Part shown: in pieces, positions 53,642-61,889 of the stretch
Position numbering within the stretch: position 1 is the first letter of the stretch
Layout of the letters: each line of letters starts with the position of its first letter
DNA from: Myxococcota bacterium
GTDB taxonomy: Bacteria; Myxococcota_A; SURF-8; G963663525
Assembly (NCBI GenBank): GCA_963676915.2
Contig: CAXXVK010000049.1
Span: 1-64,000, forward strand
Length of the DNA: 64,000 bases
Direction: 5' to 3'
Program-made: the position numbers and the translations under genes
Notes under the pieces: model-generated
Databases searched by the model: none
What the model was told of the DNA's origin: nothing
What the model saw: the letters and a program-made list of their open reading frames with translations, nothing else

Positions 53642-55360
53642 ATGGTTTGTTCTTCCACATCCGGAAAGAAAGAACACGGACCGTCCGAGTTCGTAAAAAC
53701 CGCTGCCGGAGCACTGTTCCTGTTGGGTACCTTTGTGTTGCTGGCATGGATCGAACGGACGACGTGGATCTTCGCCGCCGGTGTCGTTTTGACGCTATTG
53801 TGGATTCTTTTAAAGACATTTTGGGCAAAACGCACGATGTGGCGCGTTTTGATGGTTTTGGCGACCTGCTCTACGGTTCTCGTCGCCACGGATGGACTGT
53901 TCCGGCTTGGGGGATTCGAACTTCTTGGAGAACGACTGCAACGGCGGTGGGCTTATTTCTGGAATGAAGATCCCTTCGAGGACTTATGGGACTACGGCGA
54001 TTGCCCACGTTTTCAATACAAACCAGGACAAGACAGAGACGCCAACGGCTGGTTACGTTTACAAACCGGCGGAAAAGAAGAAACCAGGCAACGACTGTAC
54101 GTGATCGGTGATTCCGTAGCCAGCGATACTCTGGCGCAAAGCCTTGTTTATGCACTGGAAACCACCGGCACCGCAGCCGAAGTGGTGGACACCACCGTGG
54201 GAGGTTACAACCAGCTCGATCAGGAATGCATCTTAGACCACATTTTGCAAGAAACTCCGCAGCCGGATCTCATCATCTACGGCATTTGTCTCAATGATTT
54301 CAGGGATTTCGGAATCCGCTTGAATCTCGGCGCGGGAACCAGAAATTACGTCTGGGGTGCGTCGTTCGAAGATCGTCTGGATCGTGCCGGATACATTCCT
54401 TTGCTGATGGAAAGCAACACTCCCTGGGTCGAACAACAGCGTCTATGGATCGAGGAACGCTGGGGAGATGCGGCGGTGTTCGACTTCGCCGACCCGGATG
54501 CGTTTATGGAAGCCCTGGCACGAAATGCAGCGTTGGAAGAGAATCTGCACGCTTTGGAGCGCGTCGCCCGTACACTGCACGAGCGAAACATTCCTCACGT
54601 CATTGTTCCGTTTCCTTTCAACTATCGGGCCGATCCCGATCCGTTGAAACCGCTGTACAGTGAAATCGTGCAACGGTTGAAGCAACAAAACCTCGTTTGG
54701 ATAGATCTCACCGGCTGGGTACAAAAATTTCGATACGAGGATCTGGCCCCGCTCTACCTGCAATCGAAGGCCAACCACCGCGCTTTGGTACATCCCTCCT
54801 TGGCCACCGAGAAAAAGCCTGCCACATCCCAACGTCTTCAACTGGATACCGTGCATTTCAAGTCCGGTGTGATGGAGCTGTTTTTGTTCCAAATTCTGCG
54901 CAAAGCAAACGAACACTATCCCCAAAAAGCGTTTGGCCGTCTGCTCGTTCCTCTATGGAGCAAAATGGTGGACGGTGGCCTCGATCCACGCTTGCTGAGT
55001 TTCGCCGACCCCAAACGTCCACAGGTTTCGTTGCTGCCGCATGTTGGCACGCTTCCGGAAGATTTTGATGGCAAGGCTTTCCAAAATCAAAACTTGCCCG
55101 GCGGCTTTCGCGTGGTTCGAATCCGGCAAGACGCCATAGAGGCTCGTTTCGAAGTAGCGGATACGGCGGGGAAAATAGCCTTTTCCCTACGATTATTCGT
55201 CAATGACCAATCGCTGGCTCTGCGCGAACTTCCCCGACACGTCCGCCTCGCGGTGGATCTTCCCCCCGAAACGTCGATGCCCGCCGGAGGACCGCAGGCG
55301 GTTGAAGCCCTCGGCGATCGAATAGAGAAAGCCCTTTTGTCCCTTCCTCCAGGAAAGTGA
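53642..55360 (+). CDS. Membrane-anchored SGNH/GDSL hydrolase-family protein
   Basis: Three N-terminal TMs, block I VIGDS, block II GGYN, block III CLND and block V DTVH. Confidence 0.75.
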   Translation: MVCSSTSGKKEHGPSEFVKTAAGALFLLGTFVLLAWIERTTWIFAAGVVLTLLWILLKTFWAKRTMWRVLMVLATCSTVLVATDGLFRLGGFELLGERLQRRWAYFWNEDPFEDLWDYGDCPRFQYKPGQDRDANGWLRLQTGGKEETRQRLYVIGDSVASDTLAQSLVYALETTGTAAEVVDTTVGGYNQLDQECILDHILQETPQPDLIIYGICLNDFRDFGIRLNLGAGTRNYVWGASFEDRLDRAGYIPLLMESNTPWVEQQRLWIEERWGDAAVFDFADPDAFMEALARNAALEENLHALERVARTLHERNIPHVIVPFPFNYRADPDPLKPLYSEIVQRLKQQNLVWIDLTGWVQKFRYEDLAPLYLQSKANHRALVHPSLATEKKPATSQRLQLDTVHFKSGVMELFLFQILRKANEHYPQKAFGRLLVPLWSKMVDGGLDPRLLSFADPKRPQVSLLPHVGTLPEDFDGKAFQNQNLPGGFRVVRIRQDAIEARFEVADTAGKIAFSLRLFVNDQSLALRELPRHVRLAVDLPPETSMPAGGPQAVEALGDRIEKALLSLPPGK

Positions 55361-56859
55361 ACTTCATGAGATCTGTACACTCGCTCCCCACTTTTTCCTT
55401 TTCCTCCTGGATGTTTTTGTGTGTCGCGTTGTTTGCATCGTTTATGGCTTTGGCTTGTTCGGATGACGGACAAACCAACACACCAATGGCCGATTCGGAG
55501 GTGGGAAACAACGGTGAAGAACAAAGCACAAACTCCGGTGAAACTCCCGTTGAACCGAAAAAAGTTACCACCCGTTCCGTTTCCGCAACAAATATTGCTT
55601 TGTACTGGGAGGTCGAAGCGTCCTGGGACGAAACCGTTTCGCTCGTCGTAGAACGAAAACTCTCCGGTCAGGATACGTATGTCGAAGTCGCTCGTACAGC
55701 GGCAACCTCCGGCAAATTTCTCGATCTCGCGTTGGCTTCACAAACCGGGTATGGGTACCGGTTGAAATCCTGCCGGGGAGAGAATTGCTCTTCCGCCGTA
55801 GAAATAGGAGAAACCCCGACCCTGCCGTCGGTTCTTCCGGGATTCGAGATTACCCATAAATTTCAGGGAGAAAGCAACGATGAACTGTTCGTTTTCAATG
55901 TGATGAACTGGGTCGATGCGGAATTTTATGCGGTCATGATGGCGATAAATCGCAACGGCACCGTGGTCTGGTCCCTCCAGGATCTACCGGGTGGGCAGGT
56001 TTTCGAAACCCAACCCATGAGCGACGGAAGCTTTGCCGTGACCACGGGAGAATCTCTGGCAATTTTCGACCAGGACGCCACCGAGCTATATCGATACTCC
56101 GAGGACAACGTTCACCACGATATCGACGAACTCTCCGACGGAAACCTTATTTACCTGACGTGGTATTCGGCAACCGATTCCAATAACCTTCCGTTGCTGG
56201 CTGACAAAATCCACATTCTCAATCCAAGCACCAACGAAATCGTCTGGGAATGGTTGGCGGAAGACCACATTTACACCGGAGATTTCTGCGAATTCTGCAT
56301 CTTGACTACGTATAAAGATTACGGCCACGACTGGACCCACTCCAACGCGATTCATTTCGATGAAGAGCAAAGCGCTATTTACCTGAACGTTCGAAACCTG
56401 AACCGAATTTACAAAATCGGCTATCCTTCCGGAAAAATCGAGTGGATCATGGGCGACGGCGGCGACTTCGGCGAGGGGCTTTGGTCCCATAGTCACGATC
56501 CGCTATTTTACGAAGACGGGCATTTTCTTCTGTTCGACAACGGGTACCACAGGCCGGACGGCACGAACTGGTCGAGAGTTATCTCCGTGGCATATGATGA
56601 GACCGCCAAGCAGGCGTCCATCGATTGGGAGTACCGCGAAATTCCTGACTTTTTAACGATTGGATATGGAAGTGCGCGATTCACCGAACACGGAGTTATG
56701 GTCTGCGACGGCGCAAACTCCCGCCTGTTCGAAACATCGACGGAAGGTGAGATGCTGTGGGAGATGACCTTCGAAAGCAATATCTATACGGTCTACAAAG
56801 CCAACGTTCTCCCACGATCCTTTTTCGAAAACTGGGGAAGCTCTACCGTGAAAAAGTAA
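55357..56859 (+). CDS. Arylsulfotransferase (ASST)-family lipoprotein with an N-terminal FN3 domain
   Basis: Lipobox ALA-C, FN3-like Y.YRLK, HHD, DWTHSNAI, HSHDP and LFDNG. Confidence 0.85.
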   Translation: MNFMRSVHSLPTFSFSSWMFLCVALFASFMALACSDDGQTNTPMADSEVGNNGEEQSTNSGETPVEPKKVTTRSVSATNIALYWEVEASWDETVSLVVERKLSGQDTYVEVARTAATSGKFLDLALASQTGYGYRLKSCRGENCSSAVEIGETPTLPSVLPGFEITHKFQGESNDELFVFNVMNWVDAEFYAVMMAINRNGTVVWSLQDLPGGQVFETQPMSDGSFAVTTGESLAIFDQDATELYRYSEDNVHHDIDELSDGNLIYLTWYSATDSNNLPLLADKIHILNPSTNEIVWEWLAEDHIYTGDFCEFCILTTYKDYGHDWTHSNAIHFDEEQSAIYLNVRNLNRIYKIGYPSGKIEWIMGDGGDFGEGLWSHSHDPLFYEDGHFLLFDNGYHRPDGTNWSRVISVAYDETAKQASIDWEYREIPDFLTIGYGSARFTEHGVMVCDGANSRLFETSTEGEMLWEMTFESNIYTVYKANVLPRSFFENWGSSTVKK

Positions 56860-56865
56860 AGAGGG

Positions 56866-57813
56866 TTATTGCTCCAAACTGCCGATGAAATCCCGAATGT
56901 CCTCGATATCGTGTTCATGCAGCCAACGGGCGATACCGTCCACCGTGTCGGGCCAGACTTGAGGATCGACGAAACCCGCCGTACCGATCTGCACCGCCCT
57001 GGCACCCACCATCAGGAATTCCAGGGCGTCGCGAGCCGACGCGATACCGCCGATGGCGATAACCGGAACCTCGGTTTTCGTACAGACTTCCCATACCATG
57101 CGCAACGCTACGGGACGAATAGCCGGACCAGAGAGACCGCCGACCGTATTGGCCAGCACCGGACGGCGGCGTTCCAAATCTACCGCCATACCCGTGATGG
57201 TGTTGATCAATGACACGGCGTCGGCTCCCGCTTCGTGAACCGCCGAAGCCATTTCGACAATATCCGTCACATTCGGCGATAGTTTGACGATCAACGGCAG
57301 TGTGGACGCTTCACGCACCGCACGTGTCACCTGAGCGGCGGCTTCAGGCTTTTTGCCGAATTCGATCCCGCCCGCCTTGACGTTGGGGCAGGAAATGTTC
57401 AGTTCCAGAGCATGCACGTCGGGTACGGAATCGAGACGGGCGGCCAATCGTGCGTACTCGTCGATCGTTGTCCCAAAGATATTGGCGATCAATGCCGTAG
57501 AGGTGAGGCTCCGAAGGAAAGGCATCTTCTTTTCGACAAAGGCGTCCACCCCGACATTCTGCAAACCGATGGCATTGAGCATCCCCGACGGGGTTTCACA
57601 GATGCGCGGCGGTTCGTTGCCTGGTCTTGGTGCAAGGGACAATCCTTTGGCGGCAATCCCGCCCAGTACGCCCGAATCGAAGAAATCTTTGACATCCTCG
57701 CCATAACTGAAACATCCGCTGGCGGCGATGACCGGGTTTTTTAAGTGTAGACCACCCACCTCGACACCGAGACGAACACCATGCCGCGTTTCAGGTTGTA
57801 TCTCGAAGCTCAT
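56866..57813 (-). CDS. pyrD: Dihydroorotate dehydrogenase B, catalytic subunit
   Basis: KNPVIAASG, GMLNAIGLQN.G, ELNISCPN, VKLSPNVTDI and GGLSGPAIRP. Confidence 0.96.
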   Translation of the reverse strand: MSFEIQPETRHGVRLGVEVGGLHLKNPVIAASGCFSYGEDVKDFFDSGVLGGIAAKGLSLAPRPGNEPPRICETPSGMLNAIGLQNVGVDAFVEKKMPFLRSLTSTALIANIFGTTIDEYARLAARLDSVPDVHALELNISCPNVKAGGIEFGKKPEAAAQVTRAVREASTLPLIVKLSPNVTDIVEMASAVHEAGADAVSLINTITGMAVDLERRRPVLANTVGGLSGPAIRPVALRMVWEVCTKTEVPVIAIGGIASARDALEFLMVGARAVQIGTAGFVDPQVWPDTVDGIARWLHEHDIEDIRDFIGSLEQ

Positions 57814-58637
57814 GCTTTCTCCTCGTGTTTCGTTTTACCGTAGTCGGCCAGCGATTCGGAGGAAAAGACCGGTCCTTCCCGGCAAACGCGGACGAAATTC
57901 CCCTCCCGATCCTTCACCACACAGCCCAGGCAAACGCCATACCCACAGCCCATATGCGCTTCAAGACTTAGACTGCATGGCAGGTTCGCATCTTCACATA
58001 GAACACCAACCGCTTTAAGCATTCCCTCAGGTCCGCAGGAATAAACATGCAACGGCTCGTCGGCTTCATCGATCAACGATTGAAGCAGTTCGGTAACCCT
58101 TCCGTGATGTCCCTGTGAACCGTCTTCGGTCGCCAATCTCAGGTCGTTGGTGAATGCGGCGAATTGCTCCAGTGCAAGGAGGTCGTCCCGGCTGCGACCA
58201 CCGATCAAGGCGGTCATCGGGCGATCCTTCATGGCTTCGGACGCGCCGAAAGCAATAAGCGGTGGGATACCGATACCGCCACCGACCAGCACGGCCCGAA
58301 CGTCTTTGGCGGGAGGCTCGAAACCGTGACCTAGCGGACCGATAAGATCGATCGGTGTCCCGATGGCGAGTTCTCGATAGGCGTGTGTCGCTTTGCCGAC
58401 CGCTTTGATCAACAAACGAAGTTCGCCTTGAGGGTGTTCCATCGTAGGTGGTGTTTCCCGATACAGGCTGAACGGACGTTTTAAAAAAGGATCGTTCGTG
58501 CCGTGGACCGAAATCATCACGAACTGCCCCGGCTTCCAGGGTTTTCGAAAACTGTTTTCCAGCGCCAGTTCGTAATAATCGCCACCGTGTTCGAAACGTC
58601 CTGTCAAATGAGACAAGGTTTGCAAGGATTCGTTCAT
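57810..58637 (-). CDS. pyrK: Dihydroorotate dehydrogenase electron-transfer subunit
   Basis: PGQFVM, RPFS, GPLGHGF, GGGIGIPP, CGP..M and 2Fe-2S motif MGCGYGVCLGC...VC.EGPVF. Coupled to pyrD. Confidence 0.95.
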   Translation of the reverse strand: MNESLQTLSHLTGRFEHGGDYYELALENSFRKPWKPGQFVMISVHGTNDPFLKRPFSLYRETPPTMEHPQGELRLLIKAVGKATHAYRELAIGTPIDLIGPLGHGFEPPAKDVRAVLVGGGIGIPPLIAFGASEAMKDRPMTALIGGRSRDDLLALEQFAAFTNDLRLATEDGSQGHHGRVTELLQSLIDEADEPLHVYSCGPEGMLKAVGVLCEDANLPCSLSLEAHMGCGYGVCLGCVVKDREGNFVRVCREGPVFSSESLADYGKTKHEEKA

Positions 58638-58652
58638 CGGTTGGAAAGTTCC

Positions 58653-59138
58653 TTATTCTTCGGTTTCATCATTGAAATACAAATCCATCAAAATCGCGTC
58701 TTTTCCTTCATCAATGTAATAATTGGCCCGCCGTCCCACGGGACGAAATCCCGTGCGGAGATACAGGTTGATTGCCGGGAAATTGTCTTCGCGGACTTCC
58801 AGCGAAACATGGTGGCAGTGCTTGTTTCGGGTTTCGTCGATCAGGCATTCCATCAGCAGCGTTGCGAGACCACGTCCTTTGAATCTCGGTTGTACGGCGA
58901 TGTTCATCAGGTGGGCTTCATCCAACACCACCCAGTATACCATGTACGCCACGACGTGACCTGTAAAGCGATCCTGAACGATGCGTTTGACGGATCGGGG
59001 GTTGCTGAACTCGTTGACGAACAGATCCGGTGTCCAAGGCGACAGAAAACTGATGCGCTCGATGTCCAGCACTTCGTCCAGATCGTCCAGAACCATCGGC
59101 CGGACAACCATTCGTTCTCTGTTCAGCGGTTTTTTCAT
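58653..59138 (-). CDS. rimI: Ribosomal-protein-alanine N-acetyltransferase
   Basis: IER.SF.SPW, DEAHLMNIAV.P...GRG, LEVREDN..A..LY...GF and RR.NYY...DA. Confidence 0.9.
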   Translation of the reverse strand: MKKPLNRERMVVRPMVLDDLDEVLDIERISFLSPWTPDLFVNEFSNPRSVKRIVQDRFTGHVVAYMVYWVVLDEAHLMNIAVQPRFKGRGLATLLMECLIDETRNKHCHHVSLEVREDNFPAINLYLRTGFRPVGRRANYYIDEGKDAILMDLYFNDETEE

Positions 59139-59842
59139 TTCGATACACCAAGCTCGTGCAACGCAGGAAGCGGGTCGCTGGGCTGGTCGAACTTGACCAG
59201 TTGGTACACGCGACCACGTTCCGCCAGTTGCTTGATCCACCGTTCCAAAGCCTGTTTTTTTTCTTCCCGTTCCATGTCGAAACGAAGTTTTTTCCGAAGG
59301 GATTCCACTTCTTGTTCTCCGACAAACTCCCGCGCCGTAATCAACCGCAGACGTTCGGCGAGCTTTCGTTCGTCCAGGCGGACAATCAGTTGCAGGCGTT
59401 CTTCCACGAAATCGTCGATAAGTCGATTGCGTAACAAGCGAGAGACAAGTCCTTCCTCAGACAGTTGCATACGGGTAAGAAAATAGCGATAATTGGCCAA
59501 CTCCAGAAAAACGCTTCGAAACCGGTCGAGCAATTGTCCTCTTAAAGCATTGGAATCCTTATCGTTTTTTCTGTATTCGATGCGCTCCGCCTCCTGGCGC
59601 AGCAACTCCCGCGATACCATATCGTCCATCACGGCTTCCAGGTAATCGGGCGGCAGACGTCCTCCCCAATACGCTCCTTTTTCAGCCAGACGAATGCGGG
59701 CTTCCTGTTCCACCTGCGTACGTGTAATGGCAATATCGTTGACCGCGCAAGCGACCTCATCCAGAGGTGTGACATGGGATTCCGGCATTTCGGTTTGCAT
59801 CGGAACGCCTGCCCACAACAACGCGGTCAAGAGGAAAATCAC
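59135..59842 (-). CDS. SurA N-terminal-domain-like periplasmic chaperone
   Basis: LDEVACAVND..IT..V, LL.QEA.R and terminal W...L..R..V helix. No parvulin domain. Confidence 0.65.
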   Translation of the reverse strand: MIFLLTALLWAGVPMQTEMPESHVTPLDEVACAVNDIAITRTQVEQEARIRLAEKGAYWGGRLPPDYLEAVMDDMVSRELLRQEAERIEYRKNDKDSNALRGQLLDRFRSVFLELANYRYFLTRMQLSEEGLVSRLLRNRLIDDFVEERLQLIVRLDERKLAERLRLITAREFVGEQEVESLRKKLRFDMEREEKKQALERWIKQLAERGRVYQLVKFDQPSDPLPALHELGVSK

Positions 59843-60435
59843 GCGTCCTCCAGTTCGGCCAGAGTCAACACCGCTTGCAACAGTGCATCTTTTCCCGTTT
59901 TTTTCAGCGAGGAAAAAACAAACAGGTCCGTAGGTTGCAGACCCATGTCACGGGCTATTTTGAATCGTCGGTTGTTTCCTTGCTGTTTGGAGAGTTTGTC
60001 GGCTTTGGTCAAGGCAAACAGCACGGGAAGTCCTTCTTCGGCCAACCAGGCGATCAAGTCGAGATCTTCGCCGGAAGGATCGCGGCGGATGTCGAGAATC
60101 ACCACGACACCGGCCAATTGTTCTCGGGTGGACAGGTAATCGCCGATCAACTGTCCCCACTGTTTTTTCAAGGATTTGGAGACTTTGGCGTACCCATACC
60201 CCGGAAGATCCACGAAGCGCGCTTTTCCGCCCAGGTCGATGAGGTTCAGTGTCTGGGTGCGTCCCGGACGTCCCGAGACTTTCGCAAGCGCTTTACGACC
60301 TAGCAAGGTGTTGACAAGACTGGATTTTCCGACGTTGGAACGTCCCGCGAAAGCGATTTCCGGAAGATCGTCTTGGGGCAGTTGGTCCAAACGACCTGCC
60401 GAGATGAGAAATTGAGCTTGTTTCAAGGCTTTCAC
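59839..60435 (-). CDS. engB: Ribosome biogenesis GTP-binding protein YihA/YsxC
   Basis: GRSNVGKSS, PGRTQ, DLPGYGYA and TKADK. Confidence 0.96.
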   Translation of the reverse strand: MKALKQAQFLISAGRLDQLPQDDLPEIAFAGRSNVGKSSLVNTLLGRKALAKVSGRPGRTQTLNLIDLGGKARFVDLPGYGYAKVSKSLKKQWGQLIGDYLSTREQLAGVVVILDIRRDPSGEDLDLIAWLAEEGLPVLFALTKADKLSKQQGNNRRFKIARDMGLQPTDLFVFSSLKKTGKDALLQAVLTLAELEDA

Positions 60436-60629
60436 GATGAGTTACCTTCCCATGGTTTAAAACCCGATACAGATTAAAACCACCCCATGTTTTCGTCAAG
60501 AAAGGAAGTGGCGTCCATAGAAATCCGGGTGAGATTTATTTTATGGGGAACCTATTGTTGGAGCAGGATTGGTCCCTGCTCATCGCGCTTTACTTGACTG
60601 TCCTTCAAAAAAATCCTCGTTCGAGAAAG

Positions 60630-60656
60630 AAAAAAGGGTGGAATCTTCCACCCTTT
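60630..60656 (-). terminator. Intrinsic terminator after the TPR lipoprotein gene
   Basis: Minus strand AAAGGGTGGAAGATTCCACCCTTTTTT. Confidence 0.8.
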
Positions 60657-60681
60657 ATAAATCCACGAGAACTCGTCGAAG

Positions 60682-61605
60682 TTACGGAATTTCTTCCATA
60701 GCTACTATTTGTTCGTCTTTGAACTCTTTCATCTGCTTCTGAGCTTCGGTGAGATAGTCTGTCATCTCCAGGTAGGTTTTGGCTCCGAGGTGGCCGGGGC
60801 TTTCCGTCAACACCTCGACCATCACCGCTTTGGCGGCATCGTGATCGCCTTTTTTATCGAAAGCCAATCCTTTGTAATATTTGGCTTTGATAAAATCGGC
60901 ATCCATCCCAAGTGCTTCGTCGAAATAGGCAATGGCTTTATCGTAATCCTTGTCCATATCCATTGCGATGGCTCCCCGGATGAAACGAGCGCCCACGCTT
61001 TCGGGATTGTTCACATCCACCAGGATAAGATTTTCCTCGGCGCTTTGGCGATCGCCCTTGATGCGGTAGAAGTCCGCCAGCACACGCCAGCTCATATGGC
61101 TGAGATCCCGAGACAGAATCTTGCTCAAAACGATATCCTCGCCTTTTTGGATGGCATTTGCAGAATCATCGGTCCATTTGTCGACGATTTTGTCGATTTC
61201 CCGCAATTGGTCCTGCATTTTAATGACTTTTTCCTGAGCTTTGGCTTTGTCCTTCCAATCCTTGACCTGTTTCAGATCGGTCTGGGCTTCGGTCAACATT
61301 TTCTGGATGCCATCGCGTCGTTTCGTGATGTACTGAAGTTCCTGACGAAGGGAATCTCCCCAGGCCAACAGCATCTGACTATGCCAGCAAGGCAGTTCAA
61401 GATTTTTGGGATAGCGTTCTTCCAACTCTACGAACACCCCTTCGGCACTTTCATAATTGCTTTTATCATCCGATCGAACAAGACTTGTGGCGTGATTGAA
61501 CAATTCCTGGTCTGGTTCGGTCATTTTATTGCCGAAACACCCCGTCAGTATCAGAGCCAGAACTGTAAAAAGAACCCAGCATGCTTTCCATTCGTGTTTT
61601 TTCAT
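60682..61605 (-). CDS. TPR-containing lipoprotein with an internal coiled coil
   Basis: Lipobox ILTG-C; TPRs (YDKAIAYFDEAL, AKYYKGLA). Confidence 0.8.
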   Translation of the reverse strand: MKKHEWKACWVLFTVLALILTGCFGNKMTEPDQELFNHATSLVRSDDKSNYESAEGVFVELEERYPKNLELPCWHSQMLLAWGDSLRQELQYITKRRDGIQKMLTEAQTDLKQVKDWKDKAKAQEKVIKMQDQLREIDKIVDKWTDDSANAIQKGEDIVLSKILSRDLSHMSWRVLADFYRIKGDRQSAEENLILVDVNNPESVGARFIRGAIAMDMDKDYDKAIAYFDEALGMDADFIKAKYYKGLAFDKKGDHDAAKAVMVEVLTESPGHLGAKTYLEMTDYLTEAQKQMKEFKDEQIVAMEEIP

Positions 61606-61889
61606 GTTCTTCCCCGTAATTTTTTGTGATTTCCATCAGTCTTTTGGTACCCAAATTCTAAAAGAAAGTCAAGCCGGTTCGGGAAGAGATAAATGTACGA
61701 AACGTTGGCTTCTTTATGATGTCATCTTAGCCCGCATACTTCATGAGGATCGTAGCGAGACGCCGAAAACCGAAGAACTTTCATGAAGTTGGAGTGATTT
61801 TTTAACGGAAGCAACCTTGACAGGTTGTTGAGTATAAAAAATCGGGAAACGAATGAAAGATCAAGAGTTTTCAAGTCGTAGGTGATTCT

